Shown here: piece after piece, positions 1 through 11,434 of the stretch
How positions within the stretch are numbered: position 1 is the first letter of the stretch
Layout: every line of letters begins with the position of its first letter
NCBI GenBank assembly: GCA_965644315.1
Contig: CBFFRQ010000013.1
Coordinates: 372,001 to 436,000 of the forward strand
DNA from: Caecitellus pseudoparvulus
Taxonomy: Eukaryota; Protista; Bigyra: Bicosoecida
Direction of reading: 5' to 3'
Length of the DNA: 64,000 nt
The notes under the pieces: generated by a model
The model's database searches: none
Seen by the model: only the letters and a program-made list of their open reading frames with translations
What the model was told of the DNA's origin: nothing
Position numbers and translations under genes: made by a program

Positions 1-2419
1 GCTTCAAGCGCCTGACTGAGATCCAGAAGGTCGCCATTCCGCACGCTTTGGCTGGGTGAGTGTTCCTCCCCTCCTCCTGCTGCGCCGCTTGCCCTGGCCT
101 GTGCTCGCCATCGGCACTGCCACTCATCACCCCACCCTCCTTTACAGTCGGGATGTCATGGGCGCTGCCAAGACGGGCTCCGGAAAGACGCTGGGTGCGT
201 GAGGCGGTGTGGATTGGGGGTGCCCGCGTTTCACCGGCGTTTCACATCCGCCCCTCCCCCCTGCAGCCTTCGTTGTGCCGGTGCTGGAGGCGCTGTACCG
301 GGCACAGTGGTCGAACGAAGACGGCCTGGGCGCCCTCATCATCTCCCCCACCCGTGAGTTGGCCATGCAGATCATGGACGTCCTACGCACAGTGGGCAGC
401 AAGCACTACTCCCTGTCGGCTGGCCTGGTGGTGGGCGGGCACGACTTCGCGACGGAGGCCGCCACCATCGCCCAGATGAACGTGCTGGTGGCCACGCCGG
501 GCCGCCTCCTGCAGCACCTGGAGCAGACGGTGGCCTTCGACCCCTCCAACCTGCAAGTGCTGGTGCTGGACGAGGCGGACCGGTGCCTGGACATGGGGTT
601 CGCGGACACCATGCGGGGCATCCTGGACACACTGCCCAAGCACCCCCAGCGCCAGACGCTGCTGTTCAGCGCCACGCAGACCAAGTCCATCAAGGCCCTC
701 GCGGGGCTGTCGCTGGCCGACCCGCAGTACGTCGCCGTGCACGCAGCCAGTGACACAGTGACGCCCAAGCAGCTGCTGCAGACGTACGTCGTGCTGCCCC
801 TGGAAGACAAGCTGAACCTGCTCTACTCCTTCCTGCGCACACACACCAAGAACAAGTCCATCGTCTTCTTGTCCTCCTGCAAGCAGACGCGTTTCGTGTT
901 TGAGGTGTTTCGTCGCATGCGACCCGGCGTGCCGCTCCTGCACCTGCACGGCAAGATGAAGCAGGCGCGCCGCATGCACATCTACTACGATTTCCTCAAG
1001 AAACCCGCCGCGGCGCTCTTCGCCACGGACATCGCCGCGCGTGGGTTGGATTTCCCCGCCGTGGACTGGGTGGTGCAGGCGGACTGCCCCGAGGATGTGC
1101 AGGCGTACATCCACCGCGTGGGGCGCACGGCACGCTTCAAGGCCCGCGGCAACGCCCTGCTGGCGCTGACACCACGGGAGGCGGAGGGCATGCTGCCTGC
1201 CCTGCAAGAGGCCAAGATCCCCCTGAAGCAGATCACGGTGAACCCCGACCAGGCCCTGGCCGCGACGCCCAAGGTCGCAGCGGAGGTCGCAGCGGACCCC
1301 GAGTTGAAGTACGTCGCCCAGCGCGCCTTCGTCTCCTACGTCCGCAGTGTGCTGCTGCAGGGCAACAAGGCCGTCTTCGACGTCAACGCACTGGACCTGC
1401 CCGCTCTCGCCACCTCCTTGGGTCTGCCCCAGCCGCCTCGAGTCAAGGGCCTCAAATCCGCCGCCGCATCCGCTGCAGCCAAGGCCGCCAAGAACGCCCC
1501 CCGCGCCCTGGCCAAGCTCCGCGCCAAGATCGCAGCAGCCAAGGCGGCAGGCAAGGGAGGTGGGGCGGAGGAAGACGACTCCTCGGACAGCGAGGGTGCG
1601 GAGGGTGGGCCCAGGGCCCCGCCCCGGCGCCGCAGGGTGGGCTCACCCACCCACCCTCAGCGGGAAGTGCCCCACAAGCTGGCGGCTCGCATGGCCCTGG
1701 CTGGCGGCCTGGCGGGCGACAGTGACAGCGAGGGGGGGGGAGGTGAGGAGGAGGAGGATGACTTGTTGGTGCCCAAGGCGAGTCGAGGGGGGGGGTCGCG
1801 CGCCGGCGAGGGGGGGTCCGGGCACCTCCGCGAGGCAGACCTGGCCGACCCCCGCGCCCTGGCGGACCTGCACCCATTTGAGGCTGCGCGCATCCGGCGT
1901 ATTACGCAGGCCACCCTCGGCCTGGCGGAGGAGCTGCAGCACGCCGCCTCCGGATCCAAAGCCTTCCAGCGCCTGGCCACGGAGCGGCGGGGAGCCGTCA
2001 TCAGCGACGACACCCCCGTGCAGGCGGATGCCGAGGCCATTGCGGCGCACCACGCTGCCGTGAGGTCCCGCTTGCAGGCGGCAGATGTGAAGGACAAGGA
2101 GTATGCCCGGGAACGGGTGCGTGAGAAGCACCGCAAGGACAAGGAGGAGGCGAAGGGGGGCGGGTACACCCTGGATGGGGACGAGGAGGAGGAGGAGGGG
2201 GGCGGTGGGTACACCCTGGGGGGGCAGTGGGCGGATGAGGAGGAGGAGGAAGAGGGCGAGTCAGGGTGGGCCCACTCGTCCGCACCCCGAGGCGCCAAGC
2301 GTGGGCGCGAGGCGGAGGATGCCGCCCCCGCCCCCGCGGCGGCCGGGTCTGGGACAGTGCAGGACGCCGAGGCAGCTGCTCTGGCCCTCCTGGCGAAGCG
2401 CAGACGGACCCTGCTGTGA
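1..2419 (+). CDS. DDX10: DEAD-box RNA helicase DDX10/Dbp4 (5' end outside window; introns 56-147 and 195-266)
   Basis: Spliced translation gives Q-motif LTEIQ, AKTGSGKT, SPTRELA, LDEAD, SAT and YIHRVGRTAR, plus the Dbp4-typical DGLGALIISPTRELA and an acidic C-tail. Confidence 0.92.
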
Positions 2420-2433
2420 TCCGTCGCGCGCGC

Positions 2434-2441
2434 AATGCATT
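2434..2441. promoter_or_regulatory. Palindromic AATGCATT, candidate bidirectional 3'-end/poly(A) signal (also at 15613, 41127, 57915)
   Basis: Sits in the 27-85 bp gaps between convergent stop codons in four gene pairs. Confidence 0.55.
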
Positions 2442-2446
2442 TGAAT

Positions 2447-3151
2447 TCACCGGGGGTCGCCCGACCTGCTCGGAGATGGTCTGGATACCGCCGCCGCCGC
2501 CGCCGCCTCCAGGTCGCGCGTGTCCAGTTGCTGCGCGGAGGGGCCGGTGAGGAAGAGAGACCAGTGCCTGGCGTCTGGCCCCAGCTGTGGCGCGCCCTCC
2601 TCCAGCGCCAGAGTGACGTACGACGGCGGCAGGTGGGTTACGGGCAGGCACTCGGGCCACTCGACGAGACAGGCCACGGAGGGGGGCGGGCCGCGCCACG
2701 GCAAGAATGCGAGGGAGGAGGGGGATGGAGCCGATCCAAGTCGGTACAGGTCGATGTGCTGCAGCCTGGGGCAGCGAGGGGCGGTGTGGGTGCGTGTGGG
2801 CTGGCTGTGGAGGTGCGCGAGGCACGCACTCCTGGCCGGCTGGACTGAAGTAGGTGTTGCTGAGGGTGAATGAGGGAGACGGCACGTCCATGCCTGCATC
2901 TGCCGTCCACTGCCTGACGAATCCACGCGCAATGACGGACTTGCCGGCCCCCACGTTCCTGCACGCAAGTGGCAGAGGGTGCGGTGGCGTGCCCAAAATC
3001 CGCACCTCGCAGCCCAGCCCGCTGCCCCTCACCCCGACAGCATCAGCGGCAAGGTTTGGCCCTGCAGCGCAATGGCCAGCAGTGCCCCTATCTTTGCCGT
3101 GGAGCTCTCACAAGCGCTGGTGCCCTGGCAGGCAAGGATGTGTGCCGCCAT
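2447..3151 (-). CDS. tsaE: TsaE/YjeE-like P-loop ATPase (t6A tRNA modification family); introns ~2959-3032 and ~2766-2829
   Basis: Spliced product has LSG|NVGAGKS, VPSPSFTL, HIDLYRL and LVEWPE, all hallmark TsaE motifs. Confidence 0.82.
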
Positions 3152-3287
3152 GCGGGAGGTGATTTGAGCGCTGCGTGTTGCGCAGCACAAAGTGCCAGAC
3201 GGACGCCCAGGCGAGCAAGGACGCAGCCACGTGGCAGCACGCTGTGCACCCAGTGCCTCGTGCAAGTGAAATGTGCCCCTGCATTCC

Positions 3288-4457
3288 TCACTCCTCCTCC
3301 TCGGCGGGGGGGCGGTTGGCTGCGCGGCGAGCCTGCAACTCGGCAGCTGCTCGCTCCGCACGCACGGCACGCAGAGAATCCGCCGCCATCTGCAGCGGGC
3401 TGCGCACGCCATTGGACGCCCCGCCATCGCTGTGCCAGACATCCTGCGTCGCTTCCACGGCATCAGCCACGCTTGCCTGCGCCTGGTGCAAGGCGCGTGC
3501 CGCCAGGGACGCAACGCTGGAGGGTGCGTTGGCTGCCCGCGCTTGCAACGCAGCCGCCTCCTCCTGTGCGCCCTCCTCCAACGGGTCCTCCACAACAGGT
3601 GCGTCTGCAGCTTGACTGCCATGGTACAGCGGCAGAGCAGGCACCGTGCTGTGCCATGCTGCCGTGTCCACGCCCTGTGCCGAGGCGGCTTGGCGGGCTG
3701 CTTCGTGCACTGCAGGGCTCAAAAACGCCGTGCGTGACAGCAGCCAGGCACGCCGCCGGTCGTTGCCGTTCACCACCAACAGCCAGTGTGGAGGGCTGTC
3801 CGAAGCATTGGCACCCCACTCGTCCCCTGCCTCCAGCACCATCAGCTGGGGCTGCAGCGCCTTCCCCAGCGCCTCAGGCAGCCAGGTTTGCAGGGGTGTG
3901 ACTAGCGGGCCCGCAGGCGACGCGCCCAGCTGCACCTCCCCACAGGGCACGCTCACTCGCGGCAGCAACACAGACTGCAAGTGTGCAGACGCCTCCACGT
4001 GCAGCCGGCCAGCATCGTCGGGAGAGGGAGTCAGGGTCCACTGTGTGCCCACCCACGCAGCTTGCCACGCAGGCACCACGCCGCCCACCTCGAACCAGGT
4101 CCCTGTCACATGGTGCCGCTGCACGTTGGAAGCAGGCCGCAAGGGAGGCATGCCGCGGATGCGACTGGCGTTCGCTGCCTCCTGCTCGTACCACCAGTAC
4201 GCTGCGCCGCCGCCCAGCCCCAGCACCGACAGGCCCAGTGCTGTCGTGAACGCCTGAGCCTTGGAGGTGGCGGTAGATGCGGATGCACCTGACTTTGGCG
4301 CTGCTGCTGCAGCAGCAGACTTCGTGGGCTGGCTCACTGCAGGCACTGCAGGGGGTGGGGCCTCGGCTGTAGGTGCTGCGGAAGCGAAACGGCGGCTCTG
4401 AAACGCAAGGCTGCCGCTGCTCCGCACAGCCCCCCTGGAGAACAATGCTGCAGCCAT
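3288..4457 (-). CDS. Lipocalin (Blc/TIL-like) with mitochondrial-type presequence and one TM helix
   Basis: GTWFEV (SCR1) and AWLLSRT (SCR3) motifs; Arg/Ser/Ala-rich N-terminus ending RRFASAA; hydrophobic ALGLSVLGLGGGAAYWWY. Confidence 0.7.
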   Translation of the reverse strand: MAAALFSRGAVRSSGSLAFQSRRFASAAPTAEAPPPAVPAVSQPTKSAAAAAAPKSGASASTATSKAQAFTTALGLSVLGLGGGAAYWWYEQEAANASRIRGMPPLRPASNVQRHHVTGTWFEVGGVVPAWQAAWVGTQWTLTPSPDDAGRLHVEASAHLQSVLLPRVSVPCGEVQLGASPAGPLVTPLQTWLPEALGKALQPQLMVLEAGDEWGANASDSPPHWLLVVNGNDRRRAWLLSRTAFLSPAVHEAARQAASAQGVDTAAWHSTVPALPLYHGSQAADAPVVEDPLEEGAQEEAAALQARAANAPSSVASLAARALHQAQASVADAVEATQDVWHSDGGASNGVRSPLQMAADSLRAVRAERAAAELQARRAANRPPAEEEE

Positions 4458-4828
4458 GGTGTAATCGCCTTTCCAAAGAAGGTGCAGATGCGTTCGTTGT
4501 GGTCTGGCGAGCGCCGACACAGCCTGCTGTCCAGGCTGCCTTCCACCCACTGGCGTCTCGCTAGTTCAGCCCACTCTAGCCGCCTTGCTGCGGCCCCAGT
4601 GACTGTTTGTGCCAAGCCGGGGGTGCTGACCACACGCCTTTGCGTCACACTCCTGTTTAGTTGCAGTTTTAGTCAGGGGTTGGCTTTTGCCGGGGCAGTG
4701 AGGCTTCGCACTGTCTACCGTTGGTAGACAGTGCGAAGCAGAGGGCAGAGCCAGGCCCCGACGTAAAACCGAACAACCCTGCGGCTTCAGGCACCGGGTG
4801 GCGTACCGAACTACACGTCACGTGCCCC

Positions 4829-5306
4829 ATGGCACAGGCATCGTCTGCTGCGGCGGCGGGGGGGGAGGACAAAGGCGTCGCGGGGTGGACGCCAGAGCAG
4901 TGTGCTGAGTGGGTGGAGAGCATTGACTTGGCCATGTACAGGTGCGCAAGGCAACGCCCGAGACTACACCGACTTGCATGATATTCACACCACCTGTCCT
5001 GCCTCGTGCAGAGCGACGTTCTTGAAGAACCTGAACGGCTATCGCCTGCAGGTGCGCGGAGCGCCAGAAACGCCCTTCGCACACTCACGGCACAAGTTTC
5101 ACGCTGCCACCCCTGCACCCACAGCGCCTGTCAACACGGGGCTTGACTCAAATGGGCGTGCAGAAGTGGGAGCACCAGAAGGTGCGCTGCCTGCGCCATG
5201 TGCTGGCTCACTCCTCCCTGCACACGCTCCCTTGCCGCTGGCGCAGGCCATCATGGCAGCGCTGCGAGAGCAGCAGCTGCTGCTGCCGGAGTTCGACGGG
5301 CGGTGA
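4829..5306 (+). CDS. Small stand-alone SAM-domain protein (3 introns)
   Basis: Spliced WTPEQCAEWVESIDLAMYRATFLKNLNGYRLQRLSTRGLTQMGVQKWEHQKAIMAALR fits the SAM consensus. Confidence 0.72.
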
Positions 5307-5347
5307 AATGCACCCTGCCTCCGCGGCCACTCGTGCATTGTCCAGGC

Positions 5348-6960
5348 TTACTCCTCAGCTGCCTCGGCAGCCTTGGCGCCGCCCTTCTTCTTCCTGCGGC
5401 GCTTCTTCTTGCCGCCGCCGCTGGTGTGCAGCTCCTCGGCGCGGATGGCAGCGAGGTCCTCTGGCAGGGTCACGCCCTCCACGGCCATGCCCTCGGGCAG
5501 GGGCAGGCCCGTCACGATCTGGGGCCCGTTGGGCGTCACCAGCACCGTGAACTTGAACTGCGCCACCACCTTGCCCTCCTCCTCCTCCAGCACGGGGTAC
5601 TCGTAGAACACGTCGTGGTTCACGCACTCCGTCACGCCCAGGCGGGCCTGGCGCTCGTCGCCGAAGGCGCGCAGCGTGAAGGGCATGTACGGGGACTTGG
5701 ACATGACGTTGCCCAGCAGCCACTTGGAGGCCTTCATCTTCAGCCCGAAGTGGTTCTCGTGGGCGCGCTTGAACACTGTCGTGCGCGCGCTGCTGGCCTT
5801 GGGCTTGCCGGCGCCCGTGCTGAAGGCGACGTCCACTGCGAACACGTCGTGGGTGGCGAACTCCTCCTCGTCTGCCTTCTGCTCGGGGTCGTCCCCGCGC
5901 AGCAGGATGACCTTGTTCCCGTCGATGATGTACTGCTTCATCTGGTGCATGAGCGTGCCCTGCACGGGGGTCACGCCGTATGCCTCAGCCACGCGGCCCA
6001 TGGCCTCCGTCACAGCCGTGTTCTGCAGGGGCAAGGAGGTGGGGGGGGGGAGTGAGCGGGAGGGAGCAGGTGGGGGTGCGGCGTGGGGGTGCGGGATGGG
6101 TGCGCTCCTAAGATGCATGTCTAATAAGCTAATCTACACCGCGCCGAAGCACGTCAGGAACAATGCTGTCTATCATCATCGGAGGCAGTCGCCAGGAGGC
6201 CCTGGCAGGACAACAGGCACACTGGCCAGCACGCACCTTGGCGCCAGCCTTGATCATGCGGGCGGCGATGTGAGCGGCCTCGTATGCGGCCACCGTCACC
6301 TTGGTGACCTCCTCGGAAGGCGAGGCGGCGGTGGCGCCGGCCTCGGCAGGCACCACCATGGTGTGGGCACCAGCTGCCACGAAGCCGTCGAAGTGAGCGG
6401 CGCAGTCACTGTGCGAGGAGGGCGGGGTGCAGGCGCGTGCAGGCGCGGAATTCGAAGGCGAGGCGTGTGTTCGGCAGGGCACCTGCTGCGACGCACATCT
6501 TGACCAGGTCCCCTTCGGCCAGGGCCACCTCGCACTCGGAGAGGGGGGAGAAGTGGCACGTGACGTTGTTCACGGAGATGCACGTGGGGAAGGCCACGCC
6601 CTTTTCGATCTTCTTGGACTTGAACTGCGCGGCACACTGGCCCTCGATGAGCTTGTCACCCAGCGTGCAGATGTCCACCACCTTCATGCCAGCGGCGATC
6701 TGGGACGTGCTGATGGCCTCCAGGGTCTGTGCCAGGCAGCGAGGGAGCCAGTGTCGAGGGGGCCGCGCGTCAGTCGCCTTCAAATGTCAGAACTCCGTGC
6801 TGACACAGCTGCACTGCAGCAGGCCACGCAGGCGCGAACCAGGCGGCCTCACCTTCTGCACGACGTCGGCCGCAGCGCGGTACTTGGTTCCCACGTCGCC
6901 TGACAGCTCCACGACGGCGGGCTGCTCCTCAGCACCCGCAGGCACAGCCTCAGCGGCCAT
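5348..6960 (-). CDS. PA2G4: Proliferation-associated protein 2G4/EBP1 (M24 pita-bread fold), multi-exon
   Basis: TKYRAAADVV, KGVAFPTCISVNN..CHFSPL, HFDGF, PYMPFTLRAF, VAQFKFTVL and a Lys-rich tail. Confidence 0.93.
6105..6184 (-). ncRNA. Intronic box C/D snoRNA, candidate 18S rRNA 2'-O-methylation guide
   Basis: On the minus strand: CTCC..GGAG terminal stem, box C ATGATGA (6173-6179), D' CTGA (6154-6157), cUUCGg hairpin (6140-6153), 12-nt antisense to the conserved 18S sequence AUGCAUGUCUAA (6113-6124), and variant box D CTTA. It lies in the unusually long intron 6023-6236. Confidence 0.75.
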
Positions 6961-7276
6961 GATGTCCGGGTGGGAGTTTCGGGCTGTGTGGCTGAAACGC
7001 CGCTCCCGCTCTGGAACACTCTGCTGCAGCGGTGACCTGCAACAAGCTGGGGGGTTGGGAGGGTGTTGATTCGGGAGTGTTTGTTGTGTCTCGTCCGCCG
7101 CGATCACGTGCTCGCTCGCTCGGGGCGGCAGCCACCCCCCCTCCCGTGGGGGCTGAGGGGGGTCGTGCACGACAGCGCCTGGCCAGCAGGCGAAGCCAGG
7201 CAGCCCCCCGCCTTCCTCGCCCACACAGCCATGCACATGCATTCCCTGCCGCCTGCCCACCGTGCCTATGCGCGTC

Positions 7277-8297
7277 TCACGCTGACACCTCTGCAGTGGA
7301 GGGCTCGGCCTCCTTCCCCAGCACCAGGCGCTGCGCATGCTGCTGCACGGCCTGTGCATGGGCCACCAACAGCTCCGTCCAGGCCCCGTCCTCCTGAGTG
7401 TAGTAAAGGGTGCGCGTGTGTGTGCGCGTGTGCGGGGCGCGGGGAGTGGGCGGGCAACACCGCACCTTGACCTTCCAATCCGCCATGTCCACGGTGTTGG
7501 TGCCGTCCCAGATGTTGAAGCAGGCTTCCTTGTTCACGAAGTGCAGGTTCAGGAAGACGCCCATGGTGCGCAGGTGGTACTGTGCGCGGCTGGTGCCCAT
7601 GCGTCCGCCGGCGCCTGCGCGACGGAGCGGGTGCGGGTGCGGCTTGGCGTCTGGAAACATCCGCCTGCTTCCGCGGAAGCGAGCGGCGCCAGCCGTGCTC
7701 TCCCACCCGCGGCACCTGCTCACCACGCACCAACCATGCCAGCAGCCTTGTCAGCCCACACATTGCCCCCTCGAGATCCCCAGTCCAGCGCGTTCTTCAG
7801 CGCCGCGGAGACTCCGTAGTTGTGCCTGGCGCCAGAGGGGGGAGGCGTGAGAGAACTGCTGCTGCCGTGCTGCATGCCTGCGCCGCCACGCACTCAGTAC
7901 AGGCAAAGATGAAGGCATCAGCATCCTTCAGCTGAGCACGGAAGGCTTCCACTGCCTCTGGGAACTTCGTGACTCCTCCCTGCGATGGCGCGCGCCGGCG
8001 ATGTGGGAGTTGCGAGCGCTGCTGCGCTGCCGCCTCGCAGCGTGGCGCGCCCACCTCTGACGACTCCAGGTCCGCGTTGTACAGGGGCAGGGCAGAGATG
8101 TCGGCGATGGAAAAGTCCACGCCCGTCACATTGCCCGCTGCCACGTTCTTCTGGATGATGTGCAGGAGCTGCGTGTTGACGCTGGCGGCGCGGAGGGAGC
8201 CGGAAACGCCCACCACCTTCATGGCGCGGCTGGCAGCGGCCATGGCGAGGGAAAGAGCGAGGAGGCAGGACAGCAGGCGAGTGCCGGTAGAGGACAT
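7277..8297 (-). CDS. NAD(P)H-dependent FMN/quinone reductase (ChrR/Lot6 flavodoxin-like) with N-terminal signal peptide, multi-exon
   Basis: GSLRAASVN, LPLYNADLE, ADAFIFACTE|YNYG..ALKNALDW and GTSRAQYHLR motifs. Confidence 0.88.
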
Positions 8298-8396
8298 GGT
8301 GTGCTGTGAAGCATGTGCGAGGTGCGCGGCTGTTGCGGAGGATGTGAATTGCCTGCTCTCTCCTCCTGTGCAGTGGGGTCCAGCGGGGAGGGGGCC

Positions 8397-10106
8397 TCAC
8401 TCTGCTGCACCCCCCCCCTCAGCCGCCGCTTCCACCGCTTGGGCGTCCACCAGCGTCAGCTGCATGGAGACGCCGGGGGGGAAGATGGGGTCTGTCACGA
8501 TGAAGACGTCCCCCGCCCCGTCAATGAGGCTGCTCAGCGTCTTGCCCAAGTTCCCCGCCGTGCGCTCCCGGGCTACAGACGAGGTCTGGTCCAGCAGCGT
8601 GCGCCCCGGGCGCTGCACGCTGGGGCGCTTCAGCTGCAGCGACGGGTTGCCGATGAGCTTGGCGTCGATGAAGGCCTGCAGCGTGGTGGTGGCGAAGGGC
8701 ACGACCTCCTCCAAGTTGGGCGCCCGGCACGCCATGCACTTCATGTTGGGCTGGCGCTTGAGCGTCTCCGTGGACGCGTACAGGCCCGTGGCGCCCATGA
8801 ACATGAAGTAGTTGTTCAGGGTCTGGCTGGCGAAGGTGAGCAGCTTCACCGCCTCGTGCACGCAGGTGGTGGCGATGATGGCGTTGGTAGAGGCAATGGC
8901 GGGGATGATGTTCTTCACCACGCCCATGGTCATCTCGTACGTCACGCCCTCGATGCTGTTCTTGGCTGCGTACGCCGCCGCCTTCTCGAACAGCCACTTC
9001 ATGTCCTCGGGGCTGTCCTTGTCGATGGCGCGGCTCTTGCCGAACGCCTCTGGCCAGGCGAGCGTCTTGGCCCAGGCGATGCAGTGTTCCGGCTTGCGGG
9101 GCTTGGAGGCCATGGTGCACATTTGGAAGGTGCGCTGGGGCGGGAACATGTCGATGACGCACTCGAAGCAGGCAGTGAAGCGTGGAAACACGACACGCGT
9201 GTTCCCCTTCAGCCCCTCCGTGCCGCCGTCGATGAAGGGGATGAAGTTGTTCCGCACGATCTCCTGCCCCTGTGCGTCGAACTCCACGGGCTTCTGCGGG
9301 TTCAGCAGGCGGTTGTGCATGCCTGCCAGGTCCTCGATGTCCCCGTCAGCGTTGGTTTCCACGAACTGGCACAGGACGGCGTTCATCCACCGCCGCGCCT
9401 CGATGTTGTCCACACAGCCGATGATGAGGTCGAACTGGCGGAAGAACTCCGCACCCAGCGTCTGGATGAACGCCGTGCTGTGGGTGACCTTCACCCCCGG
9501 CACGCGCCGCTGCACGAACTCTGCCGCCACCTCCGCCTTCCCGCGCCCGACGTCCTTCATCCTGCGAAACGCAGTGCGAACCCGTGCTGCGCGGCCCGCG
9601 CGGGACCAGGGGCGACGCCACCGCACGCACCGGAAGAGGAACTGCCTGTTCAAGTTGGTGAGGTCGATTTCGTCCAGGTCAATGACGTGGATGTCCCGCA
9701 CCCCCGACAGTGCCAGCCCCTTCAGTACCTGCTCGAGGCAGGGCGGGAACCAGTGCAGGCCCACCACCGCCGGCGCTCACAACGACCACACGCACCTCAC
9801 ACCCCAGTCCTCCAGCACCCACAACGCAAATGCGGGCACGTGCTAGCTTCTCTCGAGCCTGAGGGGGGGGAACGCCGGGGTGCAGTGTGCAGGCGCCGCA
9901 GACCACCACGCCAACTCTGTCCCGACACATACCTTGGCCCCCGGCTCGAACTTTCCCATGGGCAGCGACCCCGTCGAGTTCTCAAAGGGGGAATCTCTGT
10001 CCAGGATCTTGCACAAGTCTGGGAAGCGGTCCAGGTGCCCGTCGTCTGTGCGGGGCCGCTTGCTGGCCTGCTGGCCGGCGCCTGCCTCCCCTGCCGACGT
10101 GGCCAT
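8397..10106 (-). CDS. UBA3: NEDD8-activating enzyme E1 catalytic subunit, multi-exon
   Basis: VVGAGGLGCE, NLNRQFLFR, IDGGTEGLKG, catalytic Cys in FQMCTMASKPR.PEHCI, GVVKNIIPAIASTNA. Confidence 0.93.
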
Positions 10107-10427
10107 GGCTGGCAAGAGCGAGGGCTCGCTGCGTCGGATGCTGGGTACGTGCGCACGCTGTGAAGGGCCCGCTGCAAGGCTTCTGCTGCGTCCTGGCTCG
10201 CCTGCTTCATTGCCAGCAGACTGAGTGTGAGTGTGGAAGTTTGGCGCTTGTCCATGCATGCCCTTCGCGACCAAGCAGAACCGCGCCGGGGGCAAAACGA
10301 AGGCACACAAAGACATGCCGCAGGTGTGAATATGTTCACGTGGCACGCCTCTGCTTGATCGTCACAGCGCCAGCCAGCGTCGCGCGCCCCGCGCCCAGAC
10401 GCCGTTCGCCGTCACTGGAAGTCGGCC

Positions 10428-10812
10428 CACTAGTAATTTACGTCTTCGAACCCTCTCTGGCGTAGTGAGGAAATGCACATTAGTGCGCTGAACTTGAAAA
10501 AATGATTGACTAGTGCTGGTGCCAGTGCGAGTTTTCACACGGTCGGCTGTGCTAGTGCCAAGTCTGTGCTAGTGAAGTGCTTGGCGTGCACCATTTGGGT
10601 TGATCTTGCTAGTATGCCCGGGTTTTGCCAAAACTGTTCACCACTCATTTCTCTAGGGGTAGGTTGTGCGCTAGCGCGCTAGACCTTTGCGAAGCGTCGC
10701 TAGTGTGAGCGGGGTTGGGAGCTGGTGCAGGGTCAGCTGCACTAGTGCGAGAGCTGTACTAGTACAGGAGACCTGCCTCCAGCTGCTGCTATGGGAACAC
10801 ACCCACACTAGT
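10428..10812. repeat. CTAG/ACTAGT-rich array (left)
   Basis: 12 CTAG tetramers counted in ~385 bp (10430, 10510, 10552, 10569, 10609, 10653, 10671, 10679, 10700, 10742, 10759, 10808), mostly as RCTAGT(G). Confidence 0.8.
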
Positions 10813-11434
10813 GAGCATGAAGCTGGCGGGGCCGCCGACTCTGTGCACCCTCTCCCTCGTTATTTCAAGCCATGCACGCTTCCTCTTTGGGCCGTGATGG
10901 TGTTAGTGGTCTGGGGTGCCCTGCGTCGACTGGCGTTGCGTTTCGCTGCTGGCCAACGTCTTCACAACGCCTGCCCCAGGGGGGCCGGGCGGGACTCCTA
11001 CCTCATCCCCGGCACCCAGTATACCCATCATCACCTAGCTTTAGGTATGGCATGTCCCATTGCCCTGCGATGGTCTTTCAGGAGGGTCTGAGCGAGCGCC
11101 GCCCAAAGCAGCGTCTGGCCCAAACAGCTCTGTGACAAGGTGAAACGCCACGTGCTGAATTTCAGCCTGTGCAGCCGGTGCCGCATGGCAGAAACGGTGC
11201 ATGCCCCAGATAGCGAACCTACCCTCCCATGGGTCATGGGTGCGTGCTGGGCTTCGGGCAATGCGGGCGGCTGGCGCCCACTTCTCGCTCCTACATTTCC
11301 TGGCTTTCTCCACATCCCAGCGTTGCACACACTTCCAGCCCTGAACCTGCTGGCATTGCTGCGCACTCACCCCAAACGTTCACTATGTCACTCAAATTCT
11401 CCATGGGGGACCTCCACAGCGAGGAGGGAGCCCA

